This document shows positions 7,316 through 16,870 of a stretch of 51,321 bases of DNA, one piece after another. The position numbers and the translations under genes are program-made. A model generated the notes under the pieces. It worked only from the letters and a program-made list of their open reading frames with translations, was not told where the DNA came from and ran no database searches. Source of the stretch: Nitrospiraceae bacterium (lineage in GTDB: Bacteria > Nitrospirota > Thermodesulfovibrionia > Thermodesulfovibrionales > UBA6898); the NCBI GenBank assembly GCA_003153275.1, contig PLXX01000072.1:1661-52981 (forward strand), read 5' to 3'. Each line of letters opens with the position of its first letter. Position 1 is the stretch's first letter.

Positions 7316-8359
7316 ATGAAGACCTATCAGCGCATCCAAAAATACAAACCTGATGAGAGGAAATGCTGTGTGAATGACCCGGTAGTCTCTATCTTGATTC
7401 CGATGTTTAACTCCGAGCTTTATATCGCGGAGACATTGGAATCATGTTTCGCGCAAACGTATAAAAATATAGAGATAATTGTTGTTGATGATGGATCAAC
7501 TGATAATAGTCTTGCCATCGTAAGAAATTATGAGAAAAACAATAATAATATTAGAGTACTTTCACAATCGAACAGAGGCGCATGTGCGGCAAGAAACCTG
7601 GCTTTCAATAATTCAGTTGGGTCTTACATCCAGTACCTGGACTGCGATGATTTGATCCCTCCTAGAAAAATCGAATTACAGCTGGATCGCTTGCGCGAGA
7701 TTCAATTCGCTGAAGGAGTCGTAGCATTTTCAAGTTTTAAACATTTGCGGAATGGAAGTTTGGACCGCATACCAAGCCGGTTGATTGATAAAGACTATGA
7801 TAACCCAAAAGAGCTTCTAATCAACCTGACTTCAACAACGATAAATTTACCTCACTGTTATTTGACTACCAGGCAGTTGGTCGAAATATCGGGCGGTTGG
7901 GATGAATCTGTTTCAAAAAATCAGGACGGAGAGTTTTTTTCCAGAATTCTATTCCTTTCCGACAAAGCGGTGTTCGTGCCAGACATCGAGGTCACCTGGC
8001 GGCTAACAGGAACGGGAATTAGCAGCACCCATTCACTTGAATCAATGAAATCGCAACTTTATGTAGCCAATAAAATATCAGATTTAATTTTAGGTTTTTC
8101 AGATACAGACCGGGCAAAAACTACATGTGCTGCTCAGTATGGATGGATTGCATATCTTGGTTACCCTGAAAACAAACTCCTTCTGCAGGAAATTAAGCAG
8201 AACCTGAAAAAAAGAAACCTTCCTTTTTTTATTCCCTACAGTGGGCGCCTATTTCGATTGATAAGAGTTTTCCTCGGTTGGCGCATTGCTTCAAGAATTG
8301 TAAAACATAAGAATACCATCCGATTTTGCGGCTGGCTTTCTAGTAAGTCGAAAAACTAA
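7316..8359 (+). CDS. Family 2 glycosyltransferase
   Basis: VSILIPMFNSELYIAETLESCFAQTYKNIEIIVVDDGSTDNS and a DxD motif (YLDCDD). Confidence 0.85.
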   Translation: MKTYQRIQKYKPDERKCCVNDPVVSILIPMFNSELYIAETLESCFAQTYKNIEIIVVDDGSTDNSLAIVRNYEKNNNNIRVLSQSNRGACAARNLAFNNSVGSYIQYLDCDDLIPPRKIELQLDRLREIQFAEGVVAFSSFKHLRNGSLDRIPSRLIDKDYDNPKELLINLTSTTINLPHCYLTTRQLVEISGGWDESVSKNQDGEFFSRILFLSDKAVFVPDIEVTWRLTGTGISSTHSLESMKSQLYVANKISDLILGFSDTDRAKTTCAAQYGWIAYLGYPENKLLLQEIKQNLKKRNLPFFIPYSGRLFRLIRVFLGWRIASRIVKHKNTIRFCGWLSSKSKN

Positions 8360-8371
8360 TACATCTTGTTG

Positions 8372-9261
8372 ATGAAGAGGGTGCTACAGTCAATGTTGAA
8401 AAAAATTATTTGGTCTCTGGCAAGGAAAATGGGGATTCAAAAGAAAGTGACTCGTTATCTAAACTATGTGAAGATAATATCCATAAATGATGTAGAGATA
8501 CGCATCTCATCAATTCGTGGAATTGCTTGTTATGCATCTGAACTCTGGATGATCGATTTGCTTGCCAAATTTCTTCCAGAGCGATCTGGGGTATTTATAG
8601 ATGTGGGGGTTAACGTTGGACAAACTTTAATCAAACTTAAAGCTATTGACCCCAAAGAGAATATATTGGCTTTGAGCCAAATCCAGTTTGTGTTTCTTAT
8701 CTTCACGATCTCATTAAGGCGAATGCTTTTGATCATTGCACGCTGCTTCCCGTCGGATTGTTCACGGAAGATTGTGTTTTATCTTTGGACTTCTTTTCAG
8801 ATAATCTAACCGACTCATCGGCTTCTCTGGTAAATAACTTCCGGCCGGAATCGAAGATTCATTCCCGTTTATTTGTTCCGGTTTTCAGGTTTGATAGTTT
8901 AGCCAAGATTTTAGGAGACAAGTCTGTTGGCATAGTAAAGATCGATGTTGAAGGTGCTGAACTTGAGGTTGTAAAATCTCTTTTGGAGCTAATCAGGCGC
9001 GATAAACCAATCATCATGATAGAGCTTCTCCCAGTTTATTCAAGTGAGAATACTTCTAGAAAGAATAGGCAAGATGAGTTGGAGCGGATATTTGCGGACA
9101 ACGACTATACAATCTTGCGAGTAGAGAAGAATTCTTCTGATGCATACTCTGGGCTAAGGCGTATTGAGAAGATAGGAATTCATTCCGATTTGACTCAATG
9201 CGATTATGTAATTGTCCCTAGCACACAACTCGCAGTTCTTGGAAACATTGACTATCTATGA
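8372..9261 (+). pseudogene. FkbM-family methyltransferase interrupted by a 1-nt frameshift near 8660
   Basis: ORF 8366-8809 carries FIDVGVNVGQTLIKLKAIDPKEN. The conserved continuation YIGFEPNPVCVSYLHDLIKANAFDHCTLLPVGL is in the next frame, joining ORF 8758-9261 (KIDVEGAELEVV). Confidence 0.8.
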
Positions 9262-10559
9262 AAGTTCTATATTTAACAACGTCTTTGGTTAGCATTGAGC
9301 ATGATCACTTTTTTACGCAAAACGTTCTGAACGGACTAATTGATAAGGGACTTGAAATTACAGCGCTGTCACTGTTACATGGACCCGCCGGCAGGGTTGA
9401 AATTGAAAAAACTAAACATCGGGCAATAGATTATTATCGTATTCTGATTGATCCGAAGATTCCTGATCAGCAAACGACGCAAATCCTCAGGGAACAGTTT
9501 GCGCGTATCAAGCCAGACGTTATTCACCTGAACGGATATCATATCAGTGAGATTGATGCGGCATTGGAGCTGAATATTCCGATTGTGATAACAGTGCATG
9601 AAGGGGGCGTTATATGTTCGGGCGGCAGAGGGTTTCTCAATTGGAAGGATGAAATTTGTAATGCCCCTGTGTCTCAGGAGAATTGTTATAAATGCTGCAT
9701 TCGCAATTTCCCGGCTTGGAGGTTATGGTACATTTTATTTAGTTGTATTCCGTTAAATATACGCATGAAACTTGGATCTATTGCCAGAAATAGAAAATTT
9801 GTGCCGATTCTTTCGCCAGCGTTCATGTACTCAGCTTTGATTGCTGAAAAGACAGCTTTTGTTGACAAATTAAAATCTATTTGTGCGATTATTGTCGCTT
9901 CGACCCGATTGAAAGAGGCTTTTGAGAGAAACGGCATTGAAAATAATCTCGCTTTAATCCCGCATGGCATACCAAACCTCAAGCGGTATGCTTTACCACC
10001 CATTGAAGATAAAATTAAATTTTTTTATCTGGGAAGGGTTGAGTATTCAAAAGGGATTCATGTGATGATTGATGCCTTTAAAGGGATCGACTGTCAGAAA
10101 TATGAATTGCATATTATCGGCGATCAGCCAGGTACTTCTTCGAGGAGAATTAGACGCTACAATAAATATGTTTTAAAAAAGGGCAAGGGTCAAAATATTT
10201 TCTGGCATGGCCGCGTTGCGCCTGAAAAGATTGAGGAACTTATTTCTCAATTTCATGTAATGATTCATCCTGCCATCTATTTAGAGGTATTCGGCACTAG
10301 TATTTCTGAATCTTTATCTGTCGGCCGGCCAGTACTAGCTACGAGGTGCGGGGGGGCGGAAATGCAGATAAAAGATGGGTATAACGGTTGGCTGGTTAAT
10401 CCAAATTCGAGCATTGAGCTTTCTGCAAAGGTTAGAGAAATTATCGAGGATCCTGAAATAATAATGAAGTATAGTAATAATTGCTGCATACCAAAATTTG
10501 ATGAATATCTTTCAAAACTAATTGGTCTTTACAGTGTCTGTCATAGTATAATTGATTGA
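9258..10559 (+). CDS. Family 4 (GT-B, Glycos_transf_1) glycosyltransferase
   Basis: GRVEYSKGIHVMIDAF and EVFGTSISESLSVGRPVLATRCGGAEMQIKDGYNGWLV (E-x7-E region). Confidence 0.85.
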   Translation: MKVLYLTTSLVSIEHDHFFTQNVLNGLIDKGLEITALSLLHGPAGRVEIEKTKHRAIDYYRILIDPKIPDQQTTQILREQFARIKPDVIHLNGYHISEIDAALELNIPIVITVHEGGVICSGGRGFLNWKDEICNAPVSQENCYKCCIRNFPAWRLWYILFSCIPLNIRMKLGSIARNRKFVPILSPAFMYSALIAEKTAFVDKLKSICAIIVASTRLKEAFERNGIENNLALIPHGIPNLKRYALPPIEDKIKFFYLGRVEYSKGIHVMIDAFKGIDCQKYELHIIGDQPGTSSRRIRRYNKYVLKKGKGQNIFWHGRVAPEKIEELISQFHVMIHPAIYLEVFGTSISESLSVGRPVLATRCGGAEMQIKDGYNGWLVNPNSSIELSAKVREIIEDPEIIMKYSNNCCIPKFDEYLSKLIGLYSVCHSIID

Positions 10560-10686
10560 CGTTTTAAGAATATGCTGACTACATGCTGGTTTGTGATCGG
10601 AAGCAATTGCCGATTTATTTTAACAAAACTCAATGCAAACATCGTTAAAAGTCGTCACAGTGTGTCTTCAGTAATGAGGATTTGAT

Positions 10687-11289
10687 ATGTCGTGGCTTAC
10701 TCAAGAAGAACTTAATACAATAGGTATTTCATCTTTAGGTAAAAATGTACTGATATCGAACAAGGCCTCATTGTATAATTGCGGCAAGATACGTATAGGA
10801 AATAATGTTAGGATCGATGATTTTTGTGTTTTATCAGCAGGCGACGGCGGAATATTACTTGGTGATTATATACACATTGCTGTGTATTCTTCATTGATCG
10901 GGGCCGGAGAAATCGTAATGTCCGATTTCTCTGGGATATCATCAAGGGTCTCCATATATTCAAGTAATGATGATTATTCGGGGATGAGTTTGACAAATCC
11001 CACTGTGCCAAATCGATTCAGGAATGTTTTGAATAGAAGCGTTATACTTGGAAAGCACGTAATAATCGGTAATGGCTCGATAGTATTACCGGGAGTCACA
11101 TTGGAGGAAGGGGTGGCAATCGGGGCTTTAAGCATTGTCAATAAGGATTGTAGGGCCTTCGGAATATATGCTGGTATCCCAGCCCGATTTATCAAAGAAA
11201 GAAGTCGAGATTTGCTACTGCTTGAGAAAAATATTAGAGAGCAATTACAATGCGCAAATCAAAGTGGGGAAAATAAAGATGATGATTAA
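10687..11289 (+). CDS. Left-handed beta-helix (hexapeptide-repeat) sugar O-/N-acetyltransferase
   Basis: Imperfect hexapeptide repeats (IGNNVRIDDFCVLS, LGDYIHIAVYSSL, IGNGSIVLPGVTLEEGVAIGALSIV), ending in GIPARFIKER. Confidence 0.8.
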   Translation: MSWLTQEELNTIGISSLGKNVLISNKASLYNCGKIRIGNNVRIDDFCVLSAGDGGILLGDYIHIAVYSSLIGAGEIVMSDFSGISSRVSIYSSNDDYSGMSLTNPTVPNRFRNVLNRSVILGKHVIIGNGSIVLPGVTLEEGVAIGALSIVNKDCRAFGIYAGIPARFIKERSRDLLLLEKNIREQLQCANQSGENKDDD

Positions 11290-12499
11290 TAAGAGCCCAT
11301 TGATATATTTTGTGACCGATCTTGCTATTTTTTCCGGAGAAAAAGCTTTTGCTGATAGTCTCCATGTCGGACGGCCCAATATAGGCAATAAACAGCATTA
11401 TCTCCAACTTATTAACGATATGCTCGACCGTCGATGGCTCTCGAACAGAGGCCCTTACATTGAGCAGTTCGAACGGAAAATTGCCGACTACCTTGGGGTT
11501 AAGCACTGTATTGCTATGTGCAATGGCACTGTTGCTTTGGAAATAGCAATCCGTGCCCTTGATTTAAAAGGAGAAGTTATTGTTCCCTCTTTTACCTTCG
11601 TAGCGACAGCTCACGCCTTAAAATGGCAGGAGATTAGTGCGGTATTTTGTGATATAGATCCGGTAACGCATCACATCGATCCTGCAAAGATCGAGAAGAT
11701 GATAACTCCTAGGACGACTGGGATCATTGGCGTGCATACTTGGGGACGGGCTTGTGATGTGGAGGCAATAGAAGAAATTGCCAAAACAAAGCGGCTCAAG
11801 GTTCTCTATGACGCAGCGCATGCTTTTGCATGCACTCACAAAAGAAGACCAGTTGGCCAATTCGGCAATGCCGAAGTATTCAGTTTCCATGCTACCAAGT
11901 TTTTTAATACATTGGAAGGTGGCGCTGTTGTTACCAATGATGACGAGTTGGCAAAAAAAATAAGACTAATGAAAAACTTTGGCTTTGCCGGTTATGATGA
12001 TGTTGTCCTCATTGGCACCAATGGGAAGATGAACGAGGCTTCTGCGGCAATGGGGCTTGTAAATCTGGAAAGTATGGAAGAATTCGTTACAATTAACCGG
12101 CGTAATTATGAATGTTACAAGTCTTGTCTTGAAGGAATTAGAGGTATCAGGCTTCATTGCTACGACGATTTAGAAAAATACAATTATCAATATATTGTAG
12201 TTGAGGTGGACCAGGAACAGGCTGGATTGAGCCGAGATGAATTACAGAAAGTCCTTTGGGCCGAAAACGTCCTGGTGCGAAGGTATTTCTATCCGGGATG
12301 CCATCGCATGGAGCCCTATCGTTCTTATTACCCTAATGCTGATCTTCTTCTCAGAAAAACAGAAGAGGTAGTTAAGAAAGTTCTTGTATTACCAACTGGT
12401 ACTTCAATAACTCCAACCGTTATTGATACCATTTGTTCGATAATTAGAGTATCCATCAATAATGCTTCAGAAGTACGTGATAGATTGTTAAGTAAGTAG
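11279..12499 (+). CDS. DegT/DnrJ/EryC1/StrS-family sugar aminotransferase (WecE-like)
   Basis: GRPNIGNKQHYLQLINDMLDRRWLSNRGPYIEQFERKIADYLGVKHCIAMCNGTVALEIAIRAL and FSFHATKFFNTLEGG (PLP lysine region). The start was moved from the track's 11135 to the ATG at 11279. It overlaps the acetyltransferase end by 11 nt. Confidence 0.85.
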   Translation: MMINKSPLIYFVTDLAIFSGEKAFADSLHVGRPNIGNKQHYLQLINDMLDRRWLSNRGPYIEQFERKIADYLGVKHCIAMCNGTVALEIAIRALDLKGEVIVPSFTFVATAHALKWQEISAVFCDIDPVTHHIDPAKIEKMITPRTTGIIGVHTWGRACDVEAIEEIAKTKRLKVLYDAAHAFACTHKRRPVGQFGNAEVFSFHATKFFNTLEGGAVVTNDDELAKKIRLMKNFGFAGYDDVVLIGTNGKMNEASAAMGLVNLESMEEFVTINRRNYECYKSCLEGIRGIRLHCYDDLEKYNYQYIVVEVDQEQAGLSRDELQKVLWAENVLVRRYFYPGCHRMEPYRSYYPNADLLLRKTEEVVKKVLVLPTGTSITPTVIDTICSIIRVSINNASEVRDRLLSK

Positions 12500-12504
12500 T
12501 TTTT

Positions 12505-13671
12505 ATGATACTACATTTATCAGATGATGAAAAATTTATAGATGACGCATTAGAACAATTTGAAGCGTGTTGCCCTAACAACAATAAATTAATTGTTGGT
12601 ATTGCTGAGAATGATCATCAATTAAAGCATGTTAAAACAGATCATAATATGCAAGTACAGAAATACAATTGTAAAGATTATGCGGTAGCAGTTGGCAATT
12701 TAGAAGATTATGAATTTGTAGTAATTCACTCATTAGATCTAAATAAGGCAAAAGTTATATGCAATGCCAGCGATAAGGTAAAAATACTCTGGTTGATATG
12801 GGGTGGCGGTGATGTAATAGGCCCTCTAGACTATGACATAAGAGAGTGTTTCGACAAAAACTCTATTAAGTTATTTTTTAAAAATTATTCCCGCAACTAT
12901 TTAATTTACATTTTAAAACGCATTTATCATACAACTGTTCTGGGTGATTTATTTAAAAAGTGCCTTAAAGATAAAGATATCAATAAAATTATTATAGAAT
13001 CTGCCATAAAAAAAATTAAATACTGTTCAACCGTTGTTCCCAAGGAATATGATATTTATCGGCGGAAGAGTCGGTTGTTTTCCTCTAAATGCATACCGTT
13101 TAATTATTCATATATAGAAAAGATAACTGCTAATATGCAGTATGAATTAACTGGCGATAATATTTTAGTCGGTAATTCGGGGTTTTATACACTTAATCAT
13201 TTAAGTGTTTTTTTGACGTTGAAAAAATATAATAATGAGCGAAAAATAATCGTTCCTTTGAATTATGGTGACAAGACTTATATTAATGAGTTAATCAAAA
13301 TTGGGAATAAATTGTTCAACAATAAATTTTATCCTGTATTAAACTTCCTCGCAGCTGAAGAATATATCAAAATTATATTATCTTGTAATATAGCTATCTT
13401 CAATTCCACAATTCAGCAAGCAATGGGGAATATAATACTTTGTATTTATTTTGGAATTACAGTTTATTTAAATTGTGAAAATCCTATTTGTTCTTTTCTC
13501 GATGAATTGGAAATCAAATATCTTGACGCAACAAAAGATCTTAAAAAAGGAATTATAACTTTTGATAAGGATACGTTGCAGCGCAACAGACAGCATATAG
13601 TTGAATACTATAAAAGGGATAACGTATTTAATAGATGCAAGAATATGGTTAATTATATATTGAATGAATAG
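12505..13671 (+). CDS. WecF-like (GT56, 4-acetamido-4,6-dideoxyhexose transferase-like) glycosyltransferase
   Basis: From my memory of E. coli WecF, LWLIWGGGD matches FWHIWGADL. ILVGNSGFYTLNHLSVF...IIVPLNYG matches ILVGNSGDRSNEH...VVVPMGYP. YLNCENPICSFL matches VLNRENPFWQDM. The gene is conspicuously AT-rich, roughly 30% GC by eye. Confidence 0.6.
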   Translation: MILHLSDDEKFIDDALEQFEACCPNNNKLIVGIAENDHQLKHVKTDHNMQVQKYNCKDYAVAVGNLEDYEFVVIHSLDLNKAKVICNASDKVKILWLIWGGGDVIGPLDYDIRECFDKNSIKLFFKNYSRNYLIYILKRIYHTTVLGDLFKKCLKDKDINKIIIESAIKKIKYCSTVVPKEYDIYRRKSRLFSSKCIPFNYSYIEKITANMQYELTGDNILVGNSGFYTLNHLSVFLTLKKYNNERKIIVPLNYGDKTYINELIKIGNKLFNNKFYPVLNFLAAEEYIKIILSCNIAIFNSTIQQAMGNIILCIYFGITVYLNCENPICSFLDELEIKYLDATKDLKKGIITFDKDTLQRNRQHIVEYYKRDNVFNRCKNMVNYILNE

Positions 13672-13746
13672 ATGCCTGAAAAATGTTGACTGTCTGGAAT
13701 GCGAATAAACGAACATAAATCATTTCAAAATAACAAAGATTAATTC

Positions 13747-14898
13747 ATGAATTCCACTGTAATAGCTGTAAGTCGAACCCCTCACATAAATATCTACGAA
13801 GGTCTTTGCGAAATTATAAGAACCTGTGCAGAACTTCCTTCAGATGTTTATCTGGTTTGCCCGCATATTGAGGAGGAACATTCCAGGAAACTTCTCTCTT
13901 ATGCTGTTAAGATTTGTCCAGTGAATATAAGTGGTTATGCAACAAAGATTCCGACATCACTAAATCTCCTTGCCACAGCCATGCGGCTGCATTTCTCTCA
14001 TAAGTCTTCTCTTTTTTTGGGTTGTGATGGAATGGGTAACATTGTTGCCGCTCTTGCATCTAAGCTAACTTCTAACCCTTACCTCAACTATAGCCTTGAA
14101 CTCCCTCCCAAGCGAGAGCGGTCTATGTCCTTTCGCCAAAAATTGGAACAGTGGAGTTACCGCCAGGCCGATCTTATTATTACCATGGATCAACCTCATG
14201 CAGATTTCATCTGTTCAGAAACTGGCGTGTCCCAGGACTGCATTGCGCTGGCACCAAATACATTGCAAGGGCCCGGGCGTCATCAGCCTTCCATATCCCT
14301 GAAAAAACGCCTCGGGTTAAACCCTGATGCAATTCTGATCCTTCATGCCGGTGGCATCGGTGCTGCTCAGGCCAGCATGCAGTTAGCTCAAGCTGCAAAA
14401 TCATGGGATCCTGTTTGGCATCTTGTTTTTCATGCTCACTGTGATATGCGCCATGAGGATTATTACCGGAATTTTGCCCAACTAATAAATACTACTCCCA
14501 GTATTCATCTGAATGCTCAATCAGTTCCTCCTGAAGAATTAGATGAATTGGTAAGTAACGCTGATATTGGATTGGCATGGTATGATAGTGATCTGCTTGG
14601 CTATAGGGCTGACCTGCTGGGATTAGCGGCGGGTAAAATCGGTCGTTATCTCCGCAATGGAATTCCTGTGGTGGTAAAAAAACTGCCTACAATATGTTCA
14701 TATATTGAAAAATACTCCTGTGGTATCTGTGTAGATCGGGTAGAACAAATTGGGGCCGCCATTGCGATGATTCTTTCTGACCACAATAAGTATTCAGTGA
14801 ATGCAATTCGTTGTTATGAAGAGATATGGAGACCGGATAAACATCTATTGAATATCCGAAAGAAGTTGCTGGATCTGCTTGCTACGCCCCATTTATGA
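13747..14898 (+). CDS. Putative GT-B fold glycosyltransferase (divergent)
   Basis: 383 aa with a two-Rossmann-like layout. ILILHAGGIG...ELDELVSNADIGLAWYD...GKIGRYLRNGIPVVV resembles the C-terminal nucleotide-sugar-binding half of GT1/GT4-type enzymes. Confidence 0.45.
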   Translation: MNSTVIAVSRTPHINIYEGLCEIIRTCAELPSDVYLVCPHIEEEHSRKLLSYAVKICPVNISGYATKIPTSLNLLATAMRLHFSHKSSLFLGCDGMGNIVAALASKLTSNPYLNYSLELPPKRERSMSFRQKLEQWSYRQADLIITMDQPHADFICSETGVSQDCIALAPNTLQGPGRHQPSISLKKRLGLNPDAILILHAGGIGAAQASMQLAQAAKSWDPVWHLVFHAHCDMRHEDYYRNFAQLINTTPSIHLNAQSVPPEELDELVSNADIGLAWYDSDLLGYRADLLGLAAGKIGRYLRNGIPVVVKKLPTICSYIEKYSCGICVDRVEQIGAAIAMILSDHNKYSVNAIRCYEEIWRPDKHLLNIRKKLLDLLATPHL

Positions 14899-14948
14899 AA
14901 CATACGACTGTTTTTGAATGCTGTCTTTGTATGATAAACAAAATTTGA

Positions 14949-15728
14949 ATGTGTCCGCTGAGTCTCAATTACAGTCTTAAGAAAGTCAGACGCCGACTGA
15001 TTGATGGGGTCATTCGCTTTCTGGCGCAACCTGCTGAAGTTACTGCAGGCTCTCTGCTTATCATCGCTCCTCACCCTGATGATGAAGTTTTTGCCTGCGG
15101 CGGACTTATAGCATTGAAGAAAGACATGGGTGCAAAAGTGGCTGTCGTTTTTTTTACTGATGGTGAGGCTTCACACAAGGGGTGTTGTAATACAGCTTCT
15201 GAGAAAATCGGCTCGGCTCGCCGGAGGCTGGCTGCAGAGTCAGGGGAAATATTGGGATTAAAATCTGAAGATATTTTTTGGCAGGGTTTACCTGATGGAA
15301 ATATTCCCGAGAGGAATGGACCAGATTTCAATAAAGCTGTCGAAAGCCTAAGAAAACTCATCGATGAAATAAAGCCATACGAGATTTATGTACCGCATTA
15401 TCGTGACTGTTGGCCGGACCATGAAGCAGCAAGCACGATTGTACGTGAAACAATAAAACCAGTTAATTACCAGTGCGAACTTTATTATTATCCGGTATGG
15501 ATGTGGCATAATCTGCGCTTGAGGTTATTGCCGGAGATACTGAAGACAAAAATAATCCGCATAGATATAGGCGCGGTTCTGGAAAGAAAAAAAACAGCGA
15601 TTGATCATTATTTATCCGTCCTTAACCCCGACTGTGGCAAGCCTTATTGTGGAAATCTGCCTGAGGGATTCACCAACCATTTCCAATATGCGTATGAAAT
15701 CTTTTTTCGAGCTGAGAAACAATGCTAA
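14949..15728 (+). CDS. PIG-L/LmbE-family N-deacetylase
   Basis: LLIIAPHPDDEVFACGGLIALKKDMGAKVAVVFFTDGEASH is the canonical PIG-L zinc-binding motif. Confidence 0.85.
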   Translation: MCPLSLNYSLKKVRRRLIDGVIRFLAQPAEVTAGSLLIIAPHPDDEVFACGGLIALKKDMGAKVAVVFFTDGEASHKGCCNTASEKIGSARRRLAAESGEILGLKSEDIFWQGLPDGNIPERNGPDFNKAVESLRKLIDEIKPYEIYVPHYRDCWPDHEAASTIVRETIKPVNYQCELYYYPVWMWHNLRLRLLPEILKTKIIRIDIGAVLERKKTAIDHYLSVLNPDCGKPYCGNLPEGFTNHFQYAYEIFFRAEKQC

Positions 15729-16840
15729 ATTGTAGTCAGTTGAAATTTCATCCTTGGCAATTTGAATGGCTTACTTCGTGGGAAGTGGTCTGGGATCAAT
15801 CCTTAATGTCTCGATGGCATGAATGGATAGACCAGTCTGCTGATGCCCATGTTTTTTTCGAACCTTCAATGGTGCGCGCATGGGTTGAAACTTACGAAAG
15901 ACTGAAGCACATTGAGCCGAGATTTCTGATTGCAAGAGGTGGCGATAACTGTGTAATATTTCAGCCCCTTGTGGAGGTTAAAGAGAACTGGAAGGGGGCT
16001 TGGCAGACTTCGCTGCGTCCGGTTGGATACTCGGAATATGATTATCACGATCCGATAATAGTTGGCCAAGCCGATCCACTATTGATAAAAAGTTATTGGG
16101 AGTCCCTTTTCTCCGAAATAGATTCACGGTGGAATAGATCTTTGGACGTAGTAGCTATCAACGGGCTGCGTTCATATTGCATATCCGACAAATTTAATAT
16201 TAACCGGACTGGGGTTGCCCCATTCATCAGTTTGCAGGGAATTAACTCTGTAGAAGGATTCCTAAGTAGTCTCAGTCAAAGCCTGCGGGGTGATATAAGA
16301 AGACAAAAAAGACGGCTTGAGAGCCAAGGTGATGTGACTTTGCGGGTGTTCTCAAAAGATGAGACTGAAGAGGCACTGAATATTCTTCCAGGGATACTTT
16401 CGAGACACGCCCTAAGATGGCCAAAAAGCTACAGAGCCCCGGGATTTCATGCAAATATTGTAAAAAATTGTCTCCGGAAGGGTATCTTGCATATGTCCGA
16501 ACTGCGTGTGAATGACAATCCGATCAGTTGGCATTTCGGTTTTCTATACAAATCACGGTATTACTGGTATATGCCTGTCCATAACCCTGCGTTCAATCAA
16601 TATTCACCCGGGAAAATCCATCTATTTATGTGTGCTGGGGAAGCTCTCAAAAAAGGCGTAAATATTTTTGACTTATTGAAGGGGGAAGAAGACTATAAGA
16701 AACAATGGACAACGAGCACTGAGGACCTCTTTGAATTGACATGGCAATCAACAAGTGTCATTTCTTCGCTAAGGCAGATTTGGATAAGCGGCATTAAGCC
16801 GGATATGTCTCGGGCAGCGGCCGCTTTAAAAATGCGATGA
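15722..16840 (+). CDS. FemAB/CelD-like GNAT acyltransferase (Acetyltransf_6 type)
   Basis: C-terminal FDLLKGEEDYKKQWT is the hallmark CelD/BcsL-type motif. 372 aa. Overlaps the PIG-L gene by 7 nt. Confidence 0.7.
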   Translation: MLNCSQLKFHPWQFEWLTSWEVVWDQSLMSRWHEWIDQSADAHVFFEPSMVRAWVETYERLKHIEPRFLIARGGDNCVIFQPLVEVKENWKGAWQTSLRPVGYSEYDYHDPIIVGQADPLLIKSYWESLFSEIDSRWNRSLDVVAINGLRSYCISDKFNINRTGVAPFISLQGINSVEGFLSSLSQSLRGDIRRQKRRLESQGDVTLRVFSKDETEEALNILPGILSRHALRWPKSYRAPGFHANIVKNCLRKGILHMSELRVNDNPISWHFGFLYKSRYYWYMPVHNPAFNQYSPGKIHLFMCAGEALKKGVNIFDLLKGEEDYKKQWTTSTEDLFELTWQSTSVISSLRQIWISGIKPDMSRAAAALKMR

Positions 16841-16870
16841 TCTCTATAAGAGCGGTACGCAGTTGATCAA

